Positions 38,205 to 52,074 are shown, numbered from the stretch's first letter. The stretch: 64,000 bases of DNA from Lama guanicoe (GCA_013239625.1 MU054220.1:7971367-8035366); one strand, 5' to 3'. The notes: generated by a model from the sequence alone, not told the origin. A program made the numbers and translations.

Positions 38205-38666
38205 CAGAGATACCACTACATACTTATTAGAATAGCTAAAATCCAGAAAACAGACAACACCAAATGCTGACAAGATGTGGAGCAGCAAGAACTCTCATTC
38301 ATTGCTGGTGAAAATGCAGAATGGTACAGCCGCCTTGGAAGACAGTATGGCACTTTCTTACAAAACTAAACATACCCTTAGTATATGATCTAACAATCAT
38401 GCTCTTTGATATTTACCCAGAGTAGTTGAAAACTTATGTCCTCACAAAAATCTGCATGTGAATGTTCATGGTAGTTTTATTCACAATTGCCCAAACTTGG
38501 AAGTAACCAAGATGTCCTTCAGGAGGTAAATGGATAAATATACTGTGATATATGCAGACAATTAAATATTATTCAACACTAAACAGAAATGAGCTGTCAA
38601 GCCATGAAAAGACACTTAGGAACCTTACAAGCTTGTTATTAAGTGAAAGAAGATAATCATAAAAGG
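38205..38666 (+). mobile_element. Old LINE-1 (L1MC1-like), end of ORF2 and 3' UTR
   Basis: 'ccaaatgctgacaagatgtggagcagcaagaactctcattcattgctggtg...aagccatgaaaagacac'. Confidence 0.85.
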
Positions 38667-38734
38667 TATTATTTCTATCAGTCACATTTCTGTTCTTAGA
38701 AGAAATTTAAATTTTATGTGAAAAGTAAATATTC

Positions 38735-38866
38735 TTTTTTTATATTCTTACATAATTTCAGACCTACAAAAAAGCTGCCAGATAATAAAATAATTATTTG
38801 TCCTGAACTATTTGAATGTTAAGTAGCCAACATGATGCCATATTAGCAAAAATATCTCTTACATAA

Positions 38867-38911
<45 letters not shown>

Positions 38912-40660
38912 GTATCATTGATGTACCAAAAATATCTCTTACATAACTACACACACACACATACACACACACAATGTATCATTGATGTAATAAAACTAAA
39001 ACTATCAGATAATTCACAGAACTATTTCAAGTTTATCCATTGTCTCAATAATCTCCATTATAGCAAAACATTCCAAAATGTGCCCATTTAGTTGTTATAT
39101 CCTCCTGTACTATTTCAATCTGGAACATCTTAATCTTCCTTTGATTTTCAGGACTGATAGTGTTTTCAGAATTGTAGACCGACTATTTCATAGAACATCC
39201 CTAAATTAGTCTGTCTAGTGTTTCCTCGGGATGATATTCAAATTAGCATCAGTGTGTTTTGCCATGTGGCGTATGATTTTGATTTGTCCATTTGGTTTTT
39301 CCCATATTAACTTTGATTACTTGAATAAGAAACCCTTTCAGTGTTTTCCCTTTAAAAAATTACTCTTTTCACTATTATAATTAGTAACTGTTTTGTGGAG
39401 AGGTATTTTATAACTATGAAAATATCAAATATCTTATCAAACTTCCACCCACTTATTTTAGTATTCATTGAAATTACCCAGCTGAACTAATTATTCCTTT
39501 GATAATTGTAACATTTTGATTACAACTCATTTGTTTTTATTATAACTCAATCCACTTTTATTAGATGGCATTTTACTCTAAGAAAAAATTTTCTTTTCTC
39601 CATGTCTTTTCATTTATTCATTTAAGTGCTTTTATCAGCATGAACACATGGATTCCTATTTTACTCAATGGTTAATAGTCAGTTACTGTTATTATTTATT
39701 AGTACCTCAGACTGTCTCCAGTTTGGCCAGTAATACCTCTTCAAGTTGGCTAGGTGTCCTTGTCACCTATACCCGCATCCTTTCAGCACCTCCTTATCCT
39801 CTTGGATGACATGGTATTCAAGGGTCATCTTGTATACTTTGTACCCCAGCCCTGGAATTTACCATGTCTTCAAACAGTTTCTTTAACTTCAGTGGAGAAT
39901 CAAATTGAGAAACTGCCATCTGGGTGATATGTTCGTTCATAACTGCTGAGGTGCTGTTCCTCTAAAGCTCTCTTGGTGAACACGCACTCACATATGAGCA
40001 TCTGGATTAATTTTAACATCTATATACTGCAAACTTTGAGCGATGCTCACACTTCCTGTTTCAACCTTCCATACAAGATTCATCATAATTTTCTCCCTTT
40101 GCATGTGTACAAATTCCTTCCATGACAGCCAGAAAACTGGCCTCTATTCTCTTTAGTAGATTTACTTGTTTGATTAATCCCCTATCAGTAAACAATCTAC
40201 CACCAGTGGGACCTTCTGACCACCTACCATTTCCTTCCCCAGAGCCCTCCATTCCTGCTCGAGCTCTGGGACTCCTCACCCACGATGACACATTATGCTG
40301 GACTGCTGCCGTCAGCACCACTCACTCAAATCTGTACGCCGTCAACCTTGGCTGAATTGCAGTTCTGAGCCAGGCAGCTGCCGCCACTGTCCCCATGCTA
40401 GTACCCAACTTAGCCCACTTCAGCCTACGACACAGGCCACCAGGCCACCATCGCCCTTGTGCCATAGCTGCATAGATGCCTAATGCCACTCCCCTCCCCG
40501 AGACCCACTGTCCCCACCCTCTTCTGGTTCAGCATGCCATGCAGTGCCACTGCTGCCCCCTTCCCTACACCCTCCTCACCCCGCTCGTGCTCTGACCCCT
40601 CATGCCGGGCTGCTGCTGTACCAGTGGCCCCTGCACTGGCACACACCTCACTCCATCTGA
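38735..40660 (-). mobile_element. Old LINE-1 3' UTR (L1MC4/5-like), including its GC-rich repetitive segment
   Basis: 'ataatttcagacctacaaaaaagctgc', 'ccagtttggccagt', 'cccagccctggaatttaccat'; 40230-40660 has decayed 'ccctcctcaccccgctcgtgctctgacccctcatgccgggctg' units. Confidence 0.72.
38847..38989. repeat. Two-copy tandem duplication, each copy containing an (AC)n microsatellite
   Basis: caaaaatatctcttacataact-(AC)20-aatgtatcattgatgta, then c, then the same flanks around (AC)6AT(AC)5. Confidence 0.95.
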
Positions 40661-41401
40661 CCTAGTGTGAGTTCATTTGAGTCTACATCGGAGTTTGGGC
40701 TACAGGAATAAGTCAAGCTGAAATGTCTGTCTCTAGCCCTCCATTTCCTCATCTGCATAAACTAGTTTTTCTTGAAGTTTTACCTCTAGTTAATTCCCGA
40801 ATCTAGTTTCAGAACCTCAGAACTTCTTCATTAGGAAAAAAAAAAAGACAGTATTTTTAAGAGGCAGGGAAAAATAAAGCTAAAGGAAAGAGAAGTATTT
40901 TACTATTATTTTGAAATTACTTTTTAAAATGTCATAACGTCTCAGCTTATGTGTAGTCCCCAGGCACTGTTAACACCCGTGAATGCTAATTAATACCGAA
41001 CTGCATATTACAATGTTTTTCTAGCAGGCAGCCTCAAAGTGTCCCATTACTGTGATTAAATATTTATTGAACTTGAGGTGTGTCCTCAACACAGTAAAGA
41101 AGATACAGGAAACATTTCTACTTCAAAGACATTTTTGTGCTCAGAAGTACATCAAGACAAGATTATGTATCCAGGATTTTTTTTTTCCTCAAATCCTATT
41201 ACATTCTATCTTGTAGTTATTTACGGATTTTCTTATTAAATAAAGAAAAATTAAAACAGTATCTATTGGAAAAGCCTCTCTTGAGGGAAATTTGACAACA
41301 GCCGCCAATTACATACAATCTGCCCATATCCTTTGATCTCCGTTATAGGAATGTACTTTTATTACTTAAGAGAGTTCATCACTATATTGTACTGTCCACA
41401 T

Positions 41402-41636
41402 CAAGGATTTTGAACATGAGTATAATTGCTGTTGAGGTTTGGAGCATTCCCTGTTGTGGGGGCTTCCCCATACTCTGTAGACTGTTCAGCAGTGTCCCTG
41501 GCTTCTACCCACAAGATTCTAATGTAAATCATCCACCAGTTCCTCCGAAGTGTCCAAGCAACAATGTCTCCAGACATCATCAGATGTCCCCTAGCAAGGC
41601 AAAAATCTCTTTTGAGATCCACATTGAGAAGCACTG
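41402..41636 (-). mobile_element. MER20 hAT-Charlie DNA transposon
   Basis: 'ttcagcagtgtccctggcttctaccca...aatgtctccagacatcatcagatgtcccct...ttgagaagcactg'. Confidence 0.85.
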
Positions 41637-44459
41637 CTCTCTGTATAGATACATTATACCTTATTGTCATGAAGGCTATTTCATTTTACAGAAACCTGTG
41701 AATAACAGGAATCACAGATGCAAATAACTGTATGGAGCAGGAAGATAGAGAAAGCCGGTGGGAATCACCAGTGGAGACCGTGGTGAACGAGGAAGCTCAC
41801 AGTGCGTGCTCCAACCAGGAGGGGGTGCTGTCCCTGCATTGTTACTGTCACGTTTTGCAAAACTTGCACTCTGACCCAAGGTTGCTAATTTCTTTCTTCA
41901 AGAAAAAACACGTATCTAGAAATCTCTCTAGTTTTTTTAAATACTGGAAACTATTTTATTCTTTAAAATACTGTGCTGATCATTTTTAAAAAATTCAGTT
42001 TCTTGGTTTGAACCTTCTGTCACACTGTTAAGTGATAAATACAAATGCACACATCAGTTTATAAAATTCACCTGAGTTATACAAAACATGTAAACGCTGG
42101 AAGGATATCAAAGTGCGTTTATCATGCTTACCACACTTTGTCAACGATCCCCAAAACTGCGGTGCAAGGCCAGGAGAAGGGCAGTTTTCCATCGGTGTGC
42201 TGGGTTGTGGAGCTAAATGTCGTTTTCCAATACCTACAGAAGTGGAGTATTTCTTGCCCAAGTCTGTGTTTGGATGCTCATTCATCTGCTCTCTGATTTG
42301 TCATTCTTTCCTATATGTTCCACATTTTCTAGTATGTGCATATGTCATTTTTGAGGTTCTAAAAAATACTTCTGTGAAAAAAATGCAAATGTGTACACAT
42401 TACATGCAGTGCCCTGATGTCTTTGTTTTTAATTGAAAACAAAGAGAAAGCTATTAGCAATGAGAATTCTGGAATACTAACGTGTAGGCAAAATTGATGA
42501 CACAAGAGTCCAATGTCTGTCTTCTCATTGATTCATGACAGTTTGTAGACCTTGTAGAAAATAACACAGTGGCTAATAAATCCCGCCTTGAGCTAGAGAA
42601 GATTTAAAATAATGAAAAAATCTATTTCTTATTTTATAATATATAGACTGTCTCACTTAATTGTATTCTGCTCTACAGTTTTGACACAGGCATTACTTTT
42701 CCCTTGGCATTAATGTTAGTAGATTATTCCACAAGAAATTCCCTTTGAGAGACTCTCCAGCACTACGTTTTTGAGAGGCCAACATTTGGCAAATAGTAGA
42801 AATCAGAGCCATTTCAAATGAAAACGAAAAACAAGAAAGAAATGCACAGTGCCTTATTTATCCAGAGAATGAGTGCTATGGCAGCGAGCATTTCAGAGTT
42901 TATGATTTACATCCGATCTTTAAAAAGCATTCAGCTTCCTCTTTTCTCCTTGCCAACGAGGGCACCTGAGATATGTTCTGTTTTACTTCAAAATAAGACA
43001 AAGAACCCCTGATCACTGTCCAATATTTCTGCACCTACATTGTTCTAAATAGATTCGAAATAATTCTCTGTTCCTGAATTGCTCTACCTCCTTCACCCCA
43101 GCTCTAACCAGAGATTAATTAAAATAGGCTCCATCGTGAACTAAATTAAATGCAGCTCAGTGTATACACTCTGGGATTAGAAACAATGTACTTCCTGCTA
43201 CAAATATACACAGAGACATGTTTATTTATATACAGACATGTATACATACTTGTACGGGTAGAGCATGTTTGTGTGTCAAATCCCAATGATAAATATTTCC
43301 TATTCCCACTTCTGGCTTACTCAGAACTTCTTGTATCATTTTTTCTGACTTACATATATAGAAATAAATATTTATATTTATTATACAGATTTGATAGGAA
43401 AAAATAGAAGATTTGCATTTGTCTACATTATCTTCATTCATACTTATATTAATGGGCCAACTTTATGTCAATCCCCATGGCTCTGAAATCATTAACACAG
43501 GAACTGTCATCAGCTAATAACATTACAGTGGTAATTAGGTTCAGGCATATAACAAACATGAATTGTTAAATTGCTATCCTGGATCCTGGAACATACCCAG
43601 CTGATTCTCTCTCTGCCTTGGCAACACGCATCATCATGTGGGCAGGGATTCAGTCGCAATAATCAGTAAATATAATGAAAAGTTGTGTGACAGGCATTAG
43701 TACGAAAAGCCACAGAGAGAAATCTGCAAAGGAGAGTCAAAGGGGGAATGGCGTTACACCTCCCTTCCCTCCCCGTCAGCATTAGGCATTTTGAAATTCA
43801 TTGAAGGAAACAATTTTCCCCTCTACAATGAAATGGGTCCTATCTGGACTGAGAGGGCCAAGTGAATAAGAAAGGAGTCTGGCCCTCAATTGGCCCTCTC
43901 CTAAACACTGGAGATCAAGTTACAGTAAATCTGACAATGAGAAACATGATTCCACTTTTTCTCAAGTGGAATGAGGGGATAGAAAAATACATTTCTACGG
44001 TATGTTCAACAAAGTTTTACTCCTTTTTTGTAAAGGATTAGTCCTACCGTAGCCGGCATTTTCTCTGTGTCACCCACCGTACAGTTTCTCAGTGCAGCCC
44101 TACTTGTTCATGCTTCACATGGAGCCATGAAAAATTCAATGCTGAACGTAACTACACTTCTGCTGCAGACTGTCCTTTACACTTGTTTCCAGCTGAGCCA
44201 GTGAGAACACTGAGTGAGGGACGGTATGCATGGGCCTATGGGGACAGTTTCATCGTCAATGATTAATCACCCTGTGACCTTAATTGTGTTAGGTTCTGGA
44301 AAAAAGCATGTAGTTTATAATTATTGCCTACAATTATTTCTTGTCTTAAGCCAATGATTTTACAACTTATTTTAAGGTATGAGAATTTGTAGTAGGCATC
44401 TCACAAAGATGAATGGAAGATGACCTGAAGCGTTCTCCCATGAGATTTACCTGGTATGC

Positions 44460-44544
44460 TTCCTCTCGACATTTAGATTTCAGCTTAAATGTTACTTTCA
44501 TACACAGGCCTTCCCTAACTATCTCATCAAAAGTGGTCCCTCTA
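44460..44544 (+). mobile_element. L2 fragment, host of the L1 insertion; resumes at about 47604-47665
   Basis: 'tcagcttaaatgttactttcatacacaggccttccctaac' is a classic L2 motif and continues after the L1. Confidence 0.65.
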
Positions 44545-47500
44545 GTTTCATTGACCTTTTCTACTGTACTTTGAAAAGATAAACAAAATTAGCAAAACTT
44601 TAGCCAGATTCATCAAGAAAAAAAAGGGAGAGGACCCAATCAATAAACTTAGAAATGAAAAAGGAGAAGTAACAACTGACATCATGGAAATACAAAGAAT
44701 TACAAGAGACTACTAAGAGCAACTATACACCAATAAAACGGACAACTTAGAAGAAATGGACAGATTCTTTGAAAGGTACAATCTCCCAAGACTGAACCAG
44801 GAAGAAATAGAAAATAGAAACAGACCAATTACCAGTCCTGAAATCAAATCAGTAATTTAAACACTCCCAACAAACAAAGGTCTGGGACTAGACAGCTTCA
44901 CAGGTGAATTCTACCAAAAATTTAAAGAAGAGTTAACACCTATCCTTCTGAAACCTCTCCAAAACATTGCACAGGAAGGAATACTTCCAAATGCATTCTA
45001 TGAGACCACAATCACCCTCATACCAAAACCAGACAAAGATATCACACACACAAACGGAAAATTACAGGTCAATATCACTGATGAATATGGATGCAGAAAT
45101 ACTCAACAAGTTACTAGCACATCAAATCCAACAACACATTCAAAGGTTCAAACACCATGATCAAGTGAGATTTATCCCAGGAACGTAAGGATTTTTCAAC
45201 ATCCACAAATCAATCAATGTGATACGCCATATTAACAAATTAAAGAATAAAAACCATATGTTGAGATAAAATTCAACACCCATTTATGATAAAACCCTCC
45301 AGAAAATGGGCATAGTGGGAACATACCTTAACATAATTAACGTCATGTATGACAAACCTACAGCTAACATCATGGTCAATGGTGAAAAGCTGAAAGCATT
45401 CCCTCTACGATCAGGAGCAAGATGAGGATGTCCACTCTCACCACTTACATTCAACACACTTCTGAAAGTCCAAGCCGCAACAATCAGAGATGAAAAACAA
45501 ATAAAAGGAATCCAAATTGGAAAGGATGAAGTAAAACTGTCACTGTGAGCAGCTGACAATAGAAGAACCTAAGGGCGATACCAGAACACTACTAGAGCTC
45601 ATCAGTGAATTCGGTTAAGTTGCAGGATACAAAATTAATATACAGAAATCTGTTGTATTTCTATATACTAACAACAGAATATCAGAAAGCGAAATTAAGA
45701 GAACAATCCCATTCACCATTGCATCCAAAAGAATAAAATACCTAGGAATAAACCTACCTGAAGAGGCAAGAGACCCGTAGTCTCAAAACTGTAAGACACT
45801 GATGAAAGAAGTTGAGGATGAAACAAACATATGGAAAGATGTATCATGTTCTTAGACTGGAAGAATCAATATCGTTAAAATGACTATACTACCCAAGGCA
45901 ATCTACAGACTCAATGCAATACCTATCAAATTATCAATGTCATTTTTCACAGAACTGTAACAAAAAATGTTTAAATGTGTACGGAAACACAAAAAGACCA
46001 AGTAGCCAAAAAAAAAAAAAAACCTTAAGAAAGAAGAACAGCGCTGGAGGAATCACACTCCCTGACCTCAGACTATACTACAAAGCTACAGTAATCAAAA
46101 CAATATGGTACTGGCACAAAAACAGACACACAGATCAATGGAACAGGACAGAAAGGCCAGAAATAAACGCACACAATTACAGTCAACTAATCTATAACAA
46201 AGGAGGCAGGAGTATACAATGGAGAAAAGACAGTCTCTTCAGCAAGTGGTGTTTGGAAAACTGGACAGCTACATGTAAAAAAGAAAGAACATTCTCTAAC
46301 ATCATGTACAGACATTAATTCAAAATGGACTAAAGACCTGAATATAAAACCAAACACTCTTAAAACGCATAGAGGAAAACATAGTCAGAACATACTTTGA
46401 CATAAATCACAGCAATATGTTTTTTGGATCTTCGAATAATGTACACAAAAGCAAATGTAAACAAATGGGACCTAATTAAACTGAAAGCTTCTGCACAGCC
46501 AAGAAAACCATGAATACAATGAAGGGACAATCTATGGAATGGGAGAAAATATTTGCAAATAATATGATGGATAAGGGATTAATTTCCAAAATATTCAAAA
46601 TTCTTATATAGCTAAATATCTAAAACACAAACTGAGAACCCATTCAAAAAATGGGCCAAAGTCCTAAATAGACGTATCTCCAAAGAATACATACAGAAGG
46701 CCAACAGGCACATGAAAAGATGTTCAACATGGCTAATCATTAGAGAAATGCAAATCAAAACTACCATAAGGTACCACCTCACACAGGTCAGAATGGCCAT
46801 CATCAAAAGGTCTATACATAATAAATGCTGGAGAGGGTGTAGACAAAAGAAGACTCTTCTACAGTGTTGGTGGGAAGGTAAACTGGTACAGCCACTATGG
46901 TTAACAGTACAGAGGTTCTGTACAAAACGAAAAATAAGAGTTAGATGTGTGATCCAGCAATCCTATTCCTGGGCATGTGTCTGGAAAAGATGAAAACTAA
47001 TTTCAAAAGATACATACACCCTACTGTTCACAGCAGTAGTATTTACAATAGCCAGGACATGGAAGCAACCTAAGTGTCCATGGACAGACGGGTAGATAAA
47101 CAAGATGGGAGATGTATATATATATATATATACATATAATGGGATATTACTCAGGCATAAAAAAAGAATGAAATAATGCCATCTGCAGCAACATGAATGG
47201 AACTAGAGATTACCCTACTAAGCGAAGTAAGTCAAAGACATATATTATATGATATCATTTATATGTGGAATCTTTAAAAAATGATGCATATGCTCTTATT
47301 TACAAAAAAGAAATAGACTCACAGACAGAGAAAACAAACTTACAGTTACCAATGGAGAAATGGGGGAAGAGATGAATTAGGAATTTGGGATTAACAGATC
47401 CACACTACTATACATAAAACAGATAAACAATAGGGACCTACTGTATAGCACAGGGACCTATATTCAGTATTTTGTGGGAACCTATAACCTACAATGGAAA

Positions 47501-47587
47501 ATAATCTGAGAGAATATATATATGTATAACTGAATCACTTTCCTGTATACCTGAAACACTGCAAATCAACTATACTTCAATTTTAAA
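44545..47587 (+). mobile_element. 5'-truncated artiodactyl-type LINE-1 (decayed ORF2 RT and C-terminus plus 3' UTR) with a short 5' inversion
   Basis: ORF2 peptides [44 protein letters not shown] and [21 protein letters not shown] aaaagtggtccctcta (44529-44544) / aaaagtggttcctcta (47588-47603). Many stops and frameshifts. Confidence 0.95.
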
Positions 47588-47974
47588 AAAAGTGGTTCCT
47601 CTAAATGCTAGTCACCCTCTATTATGTTGCTCCCTATTGTTTTCTCATAACATTTATTATCTGAACTTTTGAGAACACTGAATAAATACCAGATAAGTAC
47701 TGACAATATGGAACAAATTATGACATCATGTAGTATTAGTGAAATTAATATTTGTAGTAAATCAATATTGAACAGGAACTACTTTAATCCAGACAGACTA
47801 ATCTCAATTCAATTCTAGTGGTGCACGTTTGTTTATTACGTGTATGGAGTATACATAGCAGTTCTTATCTTAAAAGTGAATAGTGCTGTTAAAATAATTG
47901 GAACGCTAATGCTTTGGCCTATAGCATAGGATACTCTGAAGTACCGTAATAATAGCTCTATTAGCTTTTGTTTT

Positions 47975-48563
47975 ACAGTAATTTTTATAGCTATTGTTTT
48001 GCTGGCACAAACTTGGGGTCTTCTTTAAAGAAAATCCATATTTTGGCTCACAGTTCTATAGGTCAGAAGCATAGTGGGTTCGACTGGGTTCAGTGTGTAA
48101 CATCTCAGGCCCAAATCCAAGTGTGGGCCAGAATTCTCATCTGGGAGCTCTGGGAGAAAATCTGCTCCCAACCTCATTCCTGATGCTAAGCCACGTCAGT
48201 TCCTTGCAGTTACAGGACTGAGACCTCCGTTTAATTAGTGATTGTTGGCCAGGGTTTGCTCTCAGCTCCTAAAGGCCAGCAGCATCCTTTCTCACATGAC
48301 CCGCTACATCTCCAACCAGCAATGGCATACTGAATTCTTCTCAGGCATTTAATCTCTAACTTCCTTTTCTGCTTCTACCTACTAGAGAAAACTTCCTGCT
48401 GTTCAAAGTACTTGTGATTAAGTTAGGCCCACCTGGATAATCTTCTTTAGGACAACTGTATCCTATAACATAATCTAATCATAGAAGTATAATTTACCAT
48501 ATTTACCCCCCCATGGACCCCGGAGGGCAGGGAAACTTGGGAGCTATTTTAGAATTCTATTAC
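47975..48563 (-). mobile_element. MaLR solo LTR, MLT1E-like
   Basis: 'ctcacagttctataggtcagaag', 'cagttccttgcagttacaggactgag', 'ggcccacctggataatc', 'attttagaattctattaca'. Confidence 0.85.
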
Positions 48564-51500
48564 AGAATCAACAAAGCAGAAGCATCAAAACAAGTTGCTA
48601 TTTGGGAAATAAACAATTTTAAATCTCAAAAATGTTCTAATTAATCTTCACGGAAAATATCAAGATTTTATTGGACTTTGGTGTATTTATTTTGTGTGTT
48701 TGTGTGTGTGTGTGTGTTGGCTTCCTTTGCTTTTGTTTCAATTCGCTTTGCCCTTGCCTTGGCTATTTGCTTATTTTAAAAGTTACATAAAGACACAAGA
48801 AATACTGTAATTTCTGACTCCATTGGAGGGCCAGTAGGTAAGTCTATTTATTCATAATCTTATGAAATATATTAAGTAGAATTTTCTCTTTTTTTCACTT
48901 ATGCACAAATATATGTAAGGTTATTGATATGCTCTGCTCTAGAAGACCCATTTTGTAAGGTCAAATATTAAATATACTATAAATTGATAAAGTATAGAAT
49001 TTATAGATGTTGAAAAGCACTCAAAATACTTCCAACTTCCTATAGAAGACTGATTTCAATCTCTTCTGATGTCCTATATTGCAAGAAATTTAGAGGCATT
49101 TTTCAAATGTATTCACCAATAACAATTCAGCAGCCATGACTTTAAAGTAGCCGGATTTGATAATTTTTTACTGTAAGTTAAAAGCAGACACTGATAGGAA
49201 ATTTCCTTAAATTAAAATATCTATAAATACTCCTTATTGGTTATGTTACATGATTTAACTTTACTTACTTTTTTCTAATAATAACCTGACACCAGTAACC
49301 AAATGCTTGGATGAAAACACACATAAATTACCATTTGTGTATAGAACAAGATAGAACAAGACTAAACATGATATCCTAACATTTATGTTTATTCATAAAC
49401 AGAGTCACAAAATAGATGCAGGAGGTTGCACCTGCTTAAGGCACATCCGCTCCCAGATTGCAATTAACTCAGTTTCATCATCTCCTCTCGATAAGGTTTC
49501 TGCAGTGGGATAGACTTATTAAGTATATTCTACGAAAATAATTAGCATGTGTGGAATATGGAAACTGAATTGCTGCAGTAGGTGTAGATCAAGTTATTAT
49601 ATGAGGATTATTGCATAGTCCTTCAAATTTCAGACATTATCAAGAGTAACCAGCATAAGACATTCACAGGCATGGATGCAACAATCTCCCTGTGTAGGCA
49701 CAATATTATCAAATTATTCGAGTTGATTAAAGCTTCAGCTGTGAAGCAAGAGTACAATATTCAAGTGACTTTGTGTTTCTACAAGGAAAATGGAAAATAA
49801 AATAGCTTTTTCCTAAGTTACCTGAAATGTCAAGTAAAAGTGGTCTGCAAATTAAATTAACTAGAAAATTGCCTCAGCTTTTCCATAGATACAATCTGAT
49901 TGTTTTCCCTGAATGATTATGAAATAAAAAGTGGTCTTACTATTATCTCTTACTTTATCATACTGTAACCGGTAGGAAACTGAATTACTTTTTAAAAGAT
50001 AAAATGGTTGTAACTGGCCAAAGAGAAATTTCTGAATGGAACCAAATACAAAATTTATGGTAAATATAACAATAGTACCTTGAAGCTAAATATTGACTTA
50101 ACTTCTGATTTACTTTAATAGTTCATTGATCTCGTTGTAATTTACATTGGACATGATTATTAATGTCAGCAAGTCATAGAAAATCAAAATAAAAAATATA
50201 GACTTAATTGAGTGGAGGCTGTCCTAATCTATATTCTCTCTCTCTTCTTCAGCAGTCCCATTTCTTTCCTTTGTTGGACAGTCGCATTTGCAGAAGCAGT
50301 CACGTTTGCAAATTTAACTCAATAGTGAACAAACCACGTCTCTCTTTACACGATAAGAGTTTCAAATATTTGAAGATGACTAACATGCATTTGTGTCTCC
50401 AAGCAAAACAGATTGCAGGGCTTTAAGTATTTCTTATGCAATATCTTTGCTAGATTTTTCATCTTAATTGCTTATCTCTGACCCCACCCACACTAACGTG
50501 CAAGCATTGTTTTTAGAACATGGAACTAGCACTACTAAAATTTACCCTTCTGAGCTTTAGATTCTGGAATCTGGATGGACACTAGTGATACAAATACATG
50601 AATTTTCAAGGTCAGACGGAAGGTATTTACTTGGCCAACATATCAGATAAATGGTGCTTTGTTTTAGCTTGACTTTCTGACCCTTTATGAATCCATTTTA
50701 TCCTAGCAGGAATTTCATGTCAGAATATAAACTCTCTATTTTCCTAATTTCATAGTTAACATTCCACAAGGCATCTAATCAAAGCATCCCATTCTCATTA
50801 GTACAGCTTTGTGACAGTTTCATCATCAAGTGGCAAGTGTTCCAGAAAATTGTGTTGATATCCTATCAGATATGTCAAGAACTTGATCTTCTTTTCCATT
50901 AAGTCAGATTAGGGACAGGAACCAATTTCCATTATGAAAATGCGACTGAAAACAAGTGACGCTTTTCCAAAAAAATCCTCTGTTAGAAAATGGATTAAGC
51001 TCGAACTCTCCTATATATTTCACACGAGCCAAGTCTTTTTAAATATTAATTGAATCATTTAGTATTGATGAAGTAATGTAAAAACTAAGAAAAAAAAATC
51101 TTTAAAATCAATTAGCTGTTTGATTACAGTCAAGCTTTGAAATACTGCAAAGAAAAACAAATTAAATTTTGGAATTTGTCCATGACTAAGAATGGCATGA
51201 TTGTTTTGGTAGTAACAGCTATTGGAGGATGGGTTTTATTTATTTTTCCGTTTATTACTTCATATATAATTTTCTATTTATTTCTCTCTTATTTTTATCA
51301 TAAGCATAAAACTTATAGTAATATCCATCCATGATCATTAACCAGTGAAGTTGTACTTTTTAATATACTTATATTTAAATTTATATTTAAAGACTGTCAT
51401 AAGAGACTTAATAATGATTTTCTCTTTTGTTCACTGTCATTTTACATTCTACACTTTTCAATACTTTGCCCGATCTTCAGTCTTTTTTCTAACACTTACA

Positions 51501-52074
51501 CTATATAGAACTCACCTAACTATGCAGAGATCTGACTGTCTTCAGAGAGTATATGTAAAAACTTCGCAAAGAAAAAAAGAAAAGAAAACTTCCATTGTGT
51601 TCATGTTTCTGTACACTAAAATATTTCACCCCTGTTGCAGAACGCATCTAGAGATCAACAGACGCAGATGAAACTGATGAGGATGTAAATAACATACTCC
51701 AAGTTAAGGGAGACTTAAGAGTTACTGTGTTCACGTTCTAAATGTTCATAAAGCTATGGCCTCTGATCATTTTATCTAGAACCAAAAATGGTAACAAGGA
51801 CGTTGAAAATGTAAGGGTTTGGGGAGCTCTTGACGTTTAGGAAAGTCAACAGCAGTCACATGGATTAGCTCACTACTGGACAATGCTCAAAGAGACAGCC
51901 TGGAAAGTTTAGGTACCATTTCACTAGTGTAGGATTTCTAAATTGATCTTAAAATTTTAAGAATGGCTGTTGCAAACACTTTGAGTGCATATCTGGTGTA
52001 TGCTATATGAGCTACCTCATACAGAGTCTTACCTTTTTCGGCTTTCCAGTTTCAACTCTTAAACAGTGGCTTTA

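Noticed and set aside
43949..43972. 9-bp stem-loop ATTCCACTT-tttctc-AAGTGGAAT
   Set aside because: A few such stems are expected by chance in 64 kb, and it sits in MIR-like sequence.
44967..46993. L1 ORF2-like ORFs as an active reverse transcriptase gene
   Set aside because: Element is 5'-truncated, frameshifted, and its FADD motif is destroyed (reads LSL*AAD).
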